A program made the translations under genes and the position numbers. A DNA stretch of 64,000 nt from positions 2,834,782 through 2,898,781 of the forward strand of contig NZ_OZ242338.1 of assembly GCF_965208475.1 (NCBI RefSeq), read 5' to 3'. The notes beneath the pieces are model-generated. The model was given only the letters and a program-made list of their open reading frames with translations, was not told the origin of the DNA and made no database searches. Of the stretch, positions 27,446 through 35,944 are shown piece after piece. The stretch is from Candidatus Poriferisocius sp. (lineage in GTDB: Bacteria > Actinomycetota > Acidimicrobiia > Acidimicrobiales > Bin134). Position 1 is the first letter of the stretch, and each line of letters opens with the position of its first letter.

Positions 27446-28025
27446 GCACATCTTCCGCCGGCGCGATCTGGGAGTGATCGACTCCATCATCGGAGCGGGC
27501 ATCCTGGCCATAGCCGTGTTCGCCTGGGCCGAGCGATCGGCGGTGGTCGACGCCAATGCCGAGGGGCCCGACAACTGGAAGTGGCAGCTCTGGCAGATGG
27601 GCACCGTAGCGTTCTCCATCGTCGGCGTGTGGCTGCTGTGGCGCAACACCAGCAAGGTGCCCTGGGTGCGCACGGTGTGCCTATCGGCTTTGGCCACGGC
27701 GTACCTGCTCAACCACTACACCGATGTCTTCAAGCACAGCGGCAATATCTGGAACACCGCCAACCCGCTGTTCATCTCCTGCGCCACCGTGGCCATCTGC
27801 ACCGGGTGGCGTCGGGTCATGGCCCAAAGACAGGGCATGGAACCGGCCAACCCGTTCGTCATGATCGCGGCCGTGATCGCCACCGGAATGGCCGTGGCGG
27901 TGTTCGTCAACGCCTACTTCGCCAACGATGAGGGCGCGTGGAACATCCTCGATCCCCTGATCATCCTGGCTCTTTTGGTCTGGGCCATCGGCGCCCGCCG
28001 CACCAATGTGGGTGACGCCATCTGA
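27432..28025 (+). CDS. Integral membrane protein, unknown function
   Basis: 197 aa with about six hydrophobic segments. Overlaps the upstream gene by 14 nt. Confidence 0.5.
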   Translation: MSMIEHIFRRRDLGVIDSIIGAGILAIAVFAWAERSAVVDANAEGPDNWKWQLWQMGTVAFSIVGVWLLWRNTSKVPWVRTVCLSALATAYLLNHYTDVFKHSGNIWNTANPLFISCATVAICTGWRRVMAQRQGMEPANPFVMIAAVIATGMAVAVFVNAYFANDEGAWNILDPLIILALLVWAIGARRTNVGDAI

Positions 28026-28076
28026 ACCTATACGCTGCCTGAAACTCAGCCGCGACCAGGCGAAGGGAGCACGACG

Positions 28077-28859
28077 ATGCCCGAGGTAGACGGCTATGTT
28101 CACGGCGATTTCAGCTGGGTAGATTTGTGCACCGAGGAGCCCGACAAGGCCAAGGCGTTCTACGCGGCGCTGTTCGGGCTGACCTTTCGTGATGAGACCG
28201 ACGGGTCACAGGTCGTCTACACGCTGGGACTGAAGGGCGAGAAGCCGGTGCTGGGGCTGCTCGAGAAGCCTCAGCAGATGTGCGAGATGGGGATCCCCAA
28301 CGTGTGGGAGACCTACATCTCTGTGGACAGCGCCGATGAGGCCCTGGCCATGGTGGGCCCCGCCGGGGGCACGCCGATGGGACCGGTGATGGAGCCGTCG
28401 GGCGCCGGCAGGATGGTGGTGGTGGCCGACCCCACCGGCGCCGTGGCGATTCTGTGGGAAGCGCTGGGCCAAGACGGCGCCGAGCTGAAGAGCGAGCACG
28501 GCACCCTGTGCTGGAACCAACTCCTCACCTCCGATGTCGACAAGGCCCTGGCCTTCTACTCCGAGCTGCTGGGCTGGACCCCGATACCCCTTGACATGGA
28601 GGGTTCGGTGGGCATCTCGCACAACGGCGAGATGATCGGCAGCGCCGGCCCCCTGCCAATGGAGGGCATCCCTCCCCACTGGGCGGTGTACTTCGCGGTG
28701 GACGACTGCGACGCCACCGCGGCACAGTGCGGTGAGCTGGGCGGGCAGGTAATCGTCCCACCCATGGACACCCCGCCGGGGCGCATGGCGCAGCTCATGG
28801 ACGACACCGGCGCCATGTTCTGGGTCATCACCCTCAACCCCGACTTCTCGATGGACTGA
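28077..28859 (+). CDS. VOC (glyoxalase/bleomycin-resistance/dioxygenase) family protein, two-domain
   Basis: Two repeats of the FYxxLFGW-type beta-alpha-beta-beta-beta module (FYAALFGLTF and FYSELLGWTP). Confidence 0.7.
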   Translation: MPEVDGYVHGDFSWVDLCTEEPDKAKAFYAALFGLTFRDETDGSQVVYTLGLKGEKPVLGLLEKPQQMCEMGIPNVWETYISVDSADEALAMVGPAGGTPMGPVMEPSGAGRMVVVADPTGAVAILWEALGQDGAELKSEHGTLCWNQLLTSDVDKALAFYSELLGWTPIPLDMEGSVGISHNGEMIGSAGPLPMEGIPPHWAVYFAVDDCDATAAQCGELGGQVIVPPMDTPPGRMAQLMDDTGAMFWVITLNPDFSMD

Positions 28860-28882
28860 GCCAGCAGAAAGAGCACAATCCG

Positions 28883-31189
28883 ATGACCGACGAGACGGCG
28901 AGCAGGCCTGAGCCCTATGAGGGATGGGAGGGGCGGGCGGGCCGCACGGTGGCCGGCTCCGATCCGTGGTGGCCTGAGGCGGTGCGGGCGCCCGAGGGCG
29001 CGCCCAACATCGTGGTGGTGCTGGTGGACGACCTGGGCTTCGCCGACTTGGGCTGCTACGGCTCGGAGATCGACACCCCCCACATCGACAAGATGGCGGC
29101 CGAGGGGCTGCGCTACCTCAACTTCCACGTCAATCCCATGTGCTCGCCCACCCGGGCGTCGCTGCTCACCGGGCTCAACCACCACGATGTGGGGGTGGGC
29201 CATGTGTGCCACTCCGACCCCGGCTACCCCGGCTACACCTCCGAGCTCACCGAGCACTGCGCCACGTTGGCCGAGATCCTGAGGGCAGGGGGCTACGCCA
29301 CCTTGATGGTGGGCAAGTGGCATCTGTGCAAAGACTCCAACCTGGTGGGCCCCCGCCACTCGTGGCCCCTTCAGCGGGGCTTCGACCACTACTACGGCTT
29401 CCTCGACGGGTTCACCAACTTCCACCACCCCCACCGGCTGATCCGAGACAACAGCGTGGTGCGCACCGACCAATACCCCGACGACTACTACTTCACCGAC
29501 GACATCACCGACGAGGCCATCTCCATGGTGCGCGAGCAGAAGGCGGCCCGGCCCGACCAGCCGTTCTTCTTGTACCTGTCGCACGGGGCAGTTCATGCCC
29601 CGCTCCAGGCCAAGCAGGCCGACATCGACAAGTACCGGGGGGCCTACAACGCCGGCTGGGACGAGATCCGCCATCGCCGCTACCGCCGCCAGATTGAGCT
29701 GGGCATCATCGACGCCGACACCGCGCTGCCGCCCCGCAACTCCGAGGAGCGCAACGACGTCACCCCGTGGGACGAGCTGTCCACCACGCAGCAGGAGGTG
29801 TTCGCCCGCTACATGGAGGTGTTCGCCGCCATGGTGGACAACGTCGACCAGAACCTCGGGCGGCTTCGAGATGCCCTGGAGGAGTTGGGCGAGTGGGACA
29901 ACACGCTGGTGCTGTTCACCTCCGACAACGGGGCGTCCCGCGAGGGCGAGGACACCGGCTGCTCGCAGTACTTCGAGGTGCTGTCGCCCACCCCCGGCGA
30001 CATCGACGTTGACCACGCCCGCCTTGATCAGCTGGGCGGCCCCCAGACCCTGGCCCACTATCCCCGGGGCTGGGCCATGGCCGGAAACACGCCCCTGCGG
30101 CTGTACAAGTGCAACACCCACGCCGGGGGGCACCAGGTGGCCATGATCTCGTCGTGGCCCCAGCGCATCGCCGACCCCGGCGGGTTCCGCCGCCAGTACC
30201 TGCACATCACCGACGTGCTGCCCACCGTGCTCGACATCGTGGGGCTCAACGCTCCCACCGAGCGCAACGGCCAGCCGCTCAAGGGTCCGCTGGTGGGGGC
30301 CAGCTTCGCCCCCACGTTCGTCGACGGCGATGCCCCCGAGCACCACACCGAGCAGTACTACGAGCAGATCGGCCACCGGGGGTTCTACCGCGACGGCTGG
30401 GAGGCGGTCACTCTGCACCTGCCGATGACCCCGTTCGGCGACCACGAGTGGGAGGTGTACAACCTGGCCGACGACCCCACCGAGACGGTGGATCTGTCGG
30501 AAGCTGAGCCCGAGCGGCGCCAAGAGCTGATCGACGCCTGGGAGGAGGCTGCCCACCGCTATCAGGTGTACCCCCTCGATGAGGGCTCGATGCTCAAGTT
30601 CGTGCAGCGGCCTGAGTCGGAAGCGGTGTATGAGACGCCAGTGCGGATCACGCCGGGCACCGACACGCTGGAGCGCTACCGGAGCATGAAGATGATCCAG
30701 GCCCGGTCGTTCGCTGTGGACGTCGAGTTCGACTACGCCTCAGGCGACCAGGGGATGCTGGTGGCCCACGGCGATCAGGGCGGCGGCTACGCCTGCTACA
30801 TCGAGGGTGGCGAGGTGGTCTACGTCCACAACGGCTACGGCCACATGCGGCTGCTCAACGGTGGCCAACTGGCCGAGGGCCGGCGCAGCGTGCAACTCGC
30901 CTTCACCATCACCGATGGGTTCGCCTGGGATCTGCGGATGCTGGTGGACGGCGTCGAAGTAGCCGCGGACGAGAACTTCACCGGCATGTGGACCATGGCC
31001 CCCTTCGAGGGCATCGACGTGGGCATCGACCGCCGCTCCCCCGTCTCCTGGGACATCTACCAGCGCCACGGCCCCTTCCCCTACACCAACACCATCGACT
31101 CCGTCACCTACACCCCCGGCGAACAAGGCCGCATGGCCTCGGTACACACCACCCAAATCCTCAAACAAATGGGCTCCCGCTTCGAATGA
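28883..31189 (+). CDS. Arylsulfatase (formylglycine-dependent)
   Basis: VVVLVDDLGFADLGCYG and the sulfatase signature CSPTRASLLTG. 768 aa. Confidence 0.85.
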   Translation: MTDETASRPEPYEGWEGRAGRTVAGSDPWWPEAVRAPEGAPNIVVVLVDDLGFADLGCYGSEIDTPHIDKMAAEGLRYLNFHVNPMCSPTRASLLTGLNHHDVGVGHVCHSDPGYPGYTSELTEHCATLAEILRAGGYATLMVGKWHLCKDSNLVGPRHSWPLQRGFDHYYGFLDGFTNFHHPHRLIRDNSVVRTDQYPDDYYFTDDITDEAISMVREQKAARPDQPFFLYLSHGAVHAPLQAKQADIDKYRGAYNAGWDEIRHRRYRRQIELGIIDADTALPPRNSEERNDVTPWDELSTTQQEVFARYMEVFAAMVDNVDQNLGRLRDALEELGEWDNTLVLFTSDNGASREGEDTGCSQYFEVLSPTPGDIDVDHARLDQLGGPQTLAHYPRGWAMAGNTPLRLYKCNTHAGGHQVAMISSWPQRIADPGGFRRQYLHITDVLPTVLDIVGLNAPTERNGQPLKGPLVGASFAPTFVDGDAPEHHTEQYYEQIGHRGFYRDGWEAVTLHLPMTPFGDHEWEVYNLADDPTETVDLSEAEPERRQELIDAWEEAAHRYQVYPLDEGSMLKFVQRPESEAVYETPVRITPGTDTLERYRSMKMIQARSFAVDVEFDYASGDQGMLVAHGDQGGGYACYIEGGEVVYVHNGYGHMRLLNGGQLAEGRRSVQLAFTITDGFAWDLRMLVDGVEVAADENFTGMWTMAPFEGIDVGIDRRSPVSWDIYQRHGPFPYTNTIDSVTYTPGEQGRMASVHTTQILKQMGSRFE

Positions 31190-31275
31190 TGGGATTGCTA
31201 TAAAATATATTGAAATTTCCAAGACGTGGCGGCAGACTGACAGACGATATTTCAGTTCACGGCATTGGAGATAAT

Positions 31276-31291
31276 GTGCTACAAATAGCAC
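31276..31291. promoter_or_regulatory. Palindrome GTGCTA-CAAA-TAGCAC abutting the phd start codon (candidate antitoxin operator)
   Basis: Read directly. Lies in an AT-rich spacer (31195-31292) that also carries TTGAAAT ... ATTTCAG. Confidence 0.4.
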
Positions 31292-31292
31292 A

Positions 31293-31565
31293 ATGGATTC
31301 GATTGGGATTCGGGAGCTGCGGCAACGAGCCAGCGAGTACTTGCGCCGGGTCGAAGCCGGGGAGACATTCCAGGTGACAGATCATGGTCGGCCGGTGGCG
31401 CTGTTGGGTCCAATCCCAGACGTCTCTCCGTTGGAGCGACTGAGAGCCTCAGGTGAGGTCGATTCTGCCGTGCATGAGGGCCCATTCCCAGACCCCATTG
31501 AACCTGATCCTGGTGCAGAGCTACCGTCAGCGGTTCTATCCAGGCTTCGCGCTGACGAGAGATGA
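31293..31565 (+). CDS. Phd/YefM-family antitoxin
   Basis: IGIRELRQRASEYLRRVEAGETFQVTDHGRPVALLGPI is the canonical Phd/YefM N-domain. Confidence 0.8.
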   Translation: MDSIGIRELRQRASEYLRRVEAGETFQVTDHGRPVALLGPIPDVSPLERLRASGEVDSAVHEGPFPDPIEPDPGAELPSAVLSRLRADER

Positions 31566-31759
31566 GCTCACAACCAGCGACCTATCTAGACTCATCGGCC
31601 ATCGTCAAGCTTGTCATCGACGAACCAGAGTCGGCTGCCTTGCAACAGTTCCTCCACCAACAGAAGCCATTGGTCTCCAGCGCCCTGGCCCGAGCCGAGG
31701 TATCACGGGCGGTTCTGGCATTCGGCCCCGCGGCACTAGCGGCCGCACAGGAGGTTGAA

Positions 31760-32713
31760 TCACGCCGGGTTTGGTAGAGACTGTTTTTGTTGGGTCACGG
31801 CCGGGGTGGCTGTGGTGTTGTTATGGTAGGCGGTTTCGTGGTCGGCGGGGGTGGTGTAGGTGTATCGGCCTTTGAGGAGTTGGCTGTGGCTGCGTCGGTT
31901 GTTGTACCAGTCGATGTATTCGAGGGTGGCGAACTCGACGTCGCTTTGTCCCTGCCAGGGGCCGTGCGGGTAGATGAGTTCCCATTTGAACAGGCCGTTG
32001 AAGCTCTCGATCATGGCGTTGTCGTAGCTGTCGCCTTTGCTGCCGACCGAGGCGACGATGTCGTTGTCGTCGAGGCGCTGGCTGTAGCGGATCGACACAT
32101 ATTGCGATCCGCGGTCGCTGTGGTGGACGGCTTTGTCGATGCTGTGGCCGCAGCGCCGGCGGGCGGCGATGGCCATGTCCAAAGCGTCGAGCGCCAACTC
32201 GGTGCGCAAAGAGCGCGACGCCTGCCAGCCCAGGACCCGGCGGGAGTAGGCGTCGACGACGAACGCCATGTAGACCCAGCCGGAGCGGGTCCGCACCCAG
32301 GTGAGGTCAGCGAGCCACAGCCGATCCGGGGCGTCGGCGCCGAAGTCCCTGTTCACGATGTCCTCGGGCATCTCGCCGGCGGCGGGCGTGGTGGTGCGGG
32401 GCTTTTTGCCCCGGCGGGCGCCCGCCAGGCCCATCTGGCCCATCAGCCGCTCGACGGTGCAGCGGGCCACCCGCACGCCCTCGACGCGGTTTAGGTGGTC
32501 CCACACCTTGGCCGCGCCGTAGGCGCCGTAGTTCGCCTTGTGCGCCCTAGCGATCACCGGGCGCAGCCGGGCGTCGCGCAAAGCACGCTCCGACGGGGCC
32601 CGCTTTTTGGCCGCCCAGTAGGTGGACGGGGCGATCCCGACGCCGTGCTCTGTGAGCACCGCGCAGATCGGCTCGACCCCGAACCGGTGCCGGTAGGCGT
32701 CGATGAACGCCAC
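31760..32713 (-). CDS. IS3 transposase OrfB (DDE integrase core)
   Basis: FGVEPICAVL, WLADLTWV, HHSDRGSQYVS and YDNAMIESFNG are DDE/rve motifs. It is in the -1 frame relative to orfA and overlaps its stop. Confidence 0.85.
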   Translation of the reverse strand: MAFIDAYRHRFGVEPICAVLTEHGVGIAPSTYWAAKKRAPSERALRDARLRPVIARAHKANYGAYGAAKVWDHLNRVEGVRVARCTVERLMGQMGLAGARRGKKPRTTTPAAGEMPEDIVNRDFGADAPDRLWLADLTWVRTRSGWVYMAFVVDAYSRRVLGWQASRSLRTELALDALDMAIAARRRCGHSIDKAVHHSDRGSQYVSIRYSQRLDDNDIVASVGSKGDSYDNAMIESFNGLFKWELIYPHGPWQGQSDVEFATLEYIDWYNNRRSHSQLLKGRYTYTTPADHETAYHNNTTATPAVTQQKQSLPNPA

Positions 32714-33033
32714 TACAGCCTGGACTGGCGGTCGAGCTCCGCCCCGAAGAAAGCCGACGCCGCTTTCAATATCTCGTTAGCCCGGCGCAGCTCGCGGTTC
32801 TCGCGCTCGAGCTTTTGGAGCCGCCCGCGCTCCGCGGTCGTCACCCCCGGGCGCATCCCGCCGTCGACCTCCGCTCGGCGCACCTGATTGCGCACCGTCT
32901 CCGCCGACGGGCCCAGCTTGTCAGCGACCGAGCAGACCGCCTCCCACTGCGACCCGTGATGCCGCTCGTTGTCCAGCACCATCCGCACCGCCCGCTCACG
33001 CAACTCGGCGGGATATCTCCCATGATTTGGCAT
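32713..33033 (-). CDS. IS3 transposase OrfA (HTH/leucine-zipper part)
   Basis: YPAELRERAVRMV ... LERENRELRRANEILKAASAFF is typical IS3 OrfA. Confidence 0.85.
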   Translation of the reverse strand: MPNHGRYPAELRERAVRMVLDNERHHGSQWEAVCSVADKLGPSAETVRNQVRRAEVDGGMRPGVTTAERGRLQKLERENRELRRANEILKAASAFFGAELDRQSRL

Positions 33034-33301
33034 TGCTCCATCCTCTCAAGGAACAGAGCCTCCACAAAACACGGGGTGATTCAGGTGCTGGGGCGGATTG
33101 ATCTCCTTCGAGTGAACAACCGGATTCTCGAAATGGCCAGCACCCTTAAACCCAATTCGCTCCGAACCCTCGATGCCATCCACCTGGCTAGTGCTCTGTC
33201 TCTCGAAGACTCCCTGACTGATTTCGTCTGCTACGACCGTCGACTCTCCCAAGCAGCCGCCCACCAAGGCTGGGCAATCCAGAACCCGACTTAGGCGTTG
33301 C

Positions 33302-33317
33302 TCAGTCCCAGCGGGGG
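33302..33317. repeat. 16-bp direct repeat TCAGTCCCAGCGGGGG, copy 1
   Basis: Read directly. Intergenic, 8 nt after the vapC stop and 35 nt beyond the hipA stop. Confidence 0.9.
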
Positions 33318-33351
33318 GCGACGCGGCGCACTTGCTGGTAGATACTCAGTC

Positions 33352-34641
33352 CTAACTCGAAGCCAAGCCGGCCAGGCATTGGTCTCGGCGGAAGGCGGTC
33401 ATAGATATAAGGCTTTGCACGACAGGCAGCGCCCTTAGTTCGGGAGAGAGTTCGTCGGCCGCCTGCTGCATGGCTTCGGGGGCGGCCTTGGCGATGGCGG
33501 TGGCCCGGTCGACTCCTTCGGATTCGGGCAGCCCTATTGCACTAGCCGCCATTTCCCATGCTTGTTTGCTCTCGGCGGTGAGGATCCGACGGTCGGGCAG
33601 GACCGACATTGCCAGCGAGTAGGAGCGGTAGTGGTGAGGGTCGTAGGGCATCATCGACCAGATGTCATAGAGCGGAGCAAGGCGGGCCCTTCCGGCGGCG
33701 AGCAGCAGGCTGTAGTTCTTGGAGTGGCCATCGGTGTTGCAAATGACCCAGTTGAACACCTGGGCGTCGAAGAAGACCCGTAGGTCGGTGTCGCGGTCGA
33801 CGGAGTGGTCGGCAATGAGGCGGGCGAGGCGACGCAGGCTGTGGCCCTCTCCTCTTTCGTTCTGATAGATGGGAACGTCGGGCTCGCCACATGCCTGATG
33901 CAGATCCTCCTGGTGTATGCGTCGAATGGAACCATCCACATCAAGGCGGTCAAAACGGCGGACAACCAGCACCGGATGGCCAGCAACAACTTCAACCTCA
34001 GTCCGAACTGCGGGAAGACCGCAGTGTCTAGCCACCGTCAAACAGAGGTGCTCGTTGACCGATTGATCGTCCAAGTCCCTCATCGACGGTTTGAGGATGT
34101 GGGTAGTCGGCACGCTTCCCATTGCCTCACCCCATCTTCCCCCTTCCCGATGCAACGCAGTCTTGGCTTGGGCGCCTCCGAGGCTGAAGGCGCTGCGCCC
34201 GGTGGGACGCACCCATTGGGCAGACTCCCTCACCATCCCCAAGACGAGCTCCTCGAAGCTGGTGTCATCCAGCCACTCAACACTGCCGTTGCGCTCTTCG
34301 AGGGCATCGAAGTTCTCTGGCCGACAGAATCGGACCGCGCCGGGACAATCCAAACCGATGCGAGTGCTCAGCAGGTCGAACGGGGAGGCTGACATCGCCT
34401 GGTACTTCGCTGCCCAGCGTTCTCGGACATCTGGGTTACCGGGCAACAATCCCGACATCCATCCCTCCACCCGTTGGTCCTCGATCTCACCCTCTTCCAG
34501 CGGAAGAGAGAGCGAAAGGGGCGAAACATCGCGGCGGGAGGAATAGTCGCCGTCATAGGAGAGGCACAGCATCGGCCCTCGCCGATCAATGCGGCCGACA
34601 AAATCGTCACCGATGAAGACGAGCAGTGAATCCTCCGGCAT
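33352..34641 (-). CDS. hipA: HipA-family serine/threonine kinase toxin
   Basis: 429 aa. HipA N-domain, SLGGAQAKTAL, and the catalytic-loop-like NTDGHSKNYSLL. Confidence 0.85.
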   Translation of the reverse strand: MPEDSLLVFIGDDFVGRIDRRGPMLCLSYDGDYSSRRDVSPLSLSLPLEEGEIEDQRVEGWMSGLLPGNPDVRERWAAKYQAMSASPFDLLSTRIGLDCPGAVRFCRPENFDALEERNGSVEWLDDTSFEELVLGMVRESAQWVRPTGRSAFSLGGAQAKTALHREGGRWGEAMGSVPTTHILKPSMRDLDDQSVNEHLCLTVARHCGLPAVRTEVEVVAGHPVLVVRRFDRLDVDGSIRRIHQEDLHQACGEPDVPIYQNERGEGHSLRRLARLIADHSVDRDTDLRVFFDAQVFNWVICNTDGHSKNYSLLLAAGRARLAPLYDIWSMMPYDPHHYRSYSLAMSVLPDRRILTAESKQAWEMAASAIGLPESEGVDRATAIAKAAPEAMQQAADELSPELRALPVVQSLISMTAFRRDQCLAGLASS

Positions 34642-34650
34642 TCGTGCTGC

Positions 34651-34941
34651 TCACGCGGGGCCGCTGAGGCTCTCGAACACCCGATCAATATCGGTGCGTG
34701 GGCGCTCGTGCAAGGCGAGCGATAATCCCAGCACACCAGCCAGACGCATCATTCGGTGGGTTCCGCAGCTTCCCTTTCCGTTCTCAAACCCTGAGAGCCA
34801 CTGGACCGACACGCCAGCTTGTCGAGCGGTCTCCTCTTGGGTCATGCCCAGCTCCTTCCTTCTCTCCTTGAGCGCCCGAGACACCTGCGGCGGCGTCCGC
34901 AGATCCCAATTCAGAACCCCCAGAGTGTGCTGCTCCCTCAT
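34651..34941 (-). CDS. hipB: HipB-like XRE-family HTH antitoxin
   Basis: LKERRKELGMTQEETARQAGVSVQWLSGFENGKG. Lies 9 nt upstream of hipA. Confidence 0.8.
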   Translation of the reverse strand: MREQHTLGVLNWDLRTPPQVSRALKERRKELGMTQEETARQAGVSVQWLSGFENGKGSCGTHRMMRLAGVLGLSLALHERPRTDIDRVFESLSGPA

Positions 34942-34963
34942 CTCATACCCCGTAACTTCGCGG

Positions 34964-35067
34964 ATTCATGAATACATTATCACTTCGACAGAACTTCGTA
35001 TATAAGTTAAGTTTGTCTTCGATTCTCATAACTTCAGAGATATACGAAGTATCCCTAGGCAAGGATA
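34964..35067. promoter_or_regulatory. hipBA control region with palindromes: ATTCATGAAT (34964-34973), 11-bp inverted repeat ACTTCGTATAT/ATATACGAAGT (34993-35003 and 35040-35050), and TATCC-N8-GGATA (35050-35067)
   Basis: Read directly in the AT-rich spacer upstream of hipB. The last element equals the E. coli HipB operator consensus. Confidence 0.5.
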
Positions 35068-35095
35068 GAACTGCGGGGCAGCGACGGCTAGGTGT

Positions 35096-35111
35096 TCAGT
35101 CCCAGCGGGGG
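35096..35111. repeat. 16-bp direct repeat TCAGTCCCAGCGGGGG, copy 2
   Basis: Read directly. Lies between the hipBA control region and the membrane-protein gene. Confidence 0.9.
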
Positions 35112-35119
35112 CAGGTACG

Positions 35120-35941
35120 GTGAATGGGGGGTTCTTTGAGCCAGCAGCGGGGTTGCCGATGAAACCGGGGGGGCCGAGTGGACGGATTCCGATGAATCGA
35201 CCCGTAATTCCGGCAGCCTTGCTGGTGGTGACCTTGCCGGTGGCTGTTTGGCATTTGTTTGGGGACCAGACGGATTACTCGGATGAATCTCTTCGGCTGT
35301 ACTTCATCTGGAGAGCGCCGGGGTGGCTGAACGAGCTGGCCCACCCGATTGGGCTCGTCTCCTCGCTGATGGTGGTGGCCGCGCTCATTTGGCTGGCGGT
35401 GGAGTATTGGCTGGAGCATTGGCGCAAGTGGTGGTTCATGGCGCTGGGGTCGCTCTGCATGCTGGGGCTCTATGCCGGGTTGGGGGGAAGGTACTCCACC
35501 AAGGGCATCACCGAGGAGGACTACGTAAACGTCAACGGCTGGTTGAGCTTGTTGAGCGTGCCCGGTGTTCTTGCCCTGCTCTTCACCATGCTCTGTGTGG
35601 CCGCATCCAAGGTCAGGCCGGAGTCGACTGCTCGCTACCTCTCCAAAGTGGGGCTCAAGCCGACGAGGCGGACGGCGATGGGTGCGCTCCTGCTGGGCGG
35701 TCTCATCTCAGCCGGTCTTTCGCTTGGCATCGCCGCAGCCAAGACCGTGGCATCACCCTCACAGAGCCTGTCGCTGAATGAGTCCATCAACCTGTCGGTG
35801 TTCTTCCTACCCCCTCTCTTATTCGTCGGGGTAGTGGGCCTTCTCACCTACCTGGCGATCATGGCCTTGGGGCTCACAGCCACCTGGCTGCTGCTTTTCC
35901 GCACCGCCGACTGGATCCGCAAGCGAACGGTCTACTGGTAG
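35120..35941 (+). CDS. Integral membrane protein, unknown function
   Basis: 273-aa ORF with at least six hydrophobic segments. The start is uncertain (GTG 35120 or a downstream ATG). Confidence 0.5.
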   Translation: MNGGFFEPAAGLPMKPGGPSGRIPMNRPVIPAALLVVTLPVAVWHLFGDQTDYSDESLRLYFIWRAPGWLNELAHPIGLVSSLMVVAALIWLAVEYWLEHWRKWWFMALGSLCMLGLYAGLGGRYSTKGITEEDYVNVNGWLSLLSVPGVLALLFTMLCVAASKVRPESTARYLSKVGLKPTRRTAMGALLLGGLISAGLSLGIAAAKTVASPSQSLSLNESINLSVFFLPPLLFVGVVGLLTYLAIMALGLTATWLLLFRTADWIRKRTVYW

Positions 35942-35944
35942 CGG

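Larger units (their letters stand above)
31756..33083 (-). mobile_element. IS3-family insertion sequence, 1328 bp
   Basis: Terminal inverted repeats start TGAATCAC... (about 25 of 32 positions match) with TG...CA ends. 3-bp target duplication GGT (31753-31755 and 33084-33086). orfA/orfB are in the 0/-1 frame arrangement. Confidence 0.85.
31562..33294 (+). pseudogene. vapC: PIN-domain toxin gene (vapC) interrupted by an IS3-family element
   Basis: The 5' part is 31562-31755 (YLDSSAIVKLVIDE...) and the 3' part is 33084-33294 (...LRTLDAIHLASAL...CYDRRL). Removing 31756-33083 plus one GGT copy restores one frame reading ...AAAQEVLGRIDLLRVNN... Confidence 0.8.

Noticed and set aside
32713-32790. 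A specific programmed -1 frameshift site for the IS3 OrfAB fusion.
   Set aside because: The -1 frame is open across the end of orfA, but I could not identify a canonical slippery heptamer there. orfB also has its own GTG overlapping the orfA stop. The expression mechanism is left open.
35096-35419. 107-aa minus-strand ORF ending in ...PRWD-stop; considered as a truncated paralogue of the SnoaL-like gene.
   Set aside because: Only the last four codons, which are the 16-bp repeat itself, match. The rest overlaps the better-supported plus-strand membrane-protein ORF and has basic, low-complexity composition.
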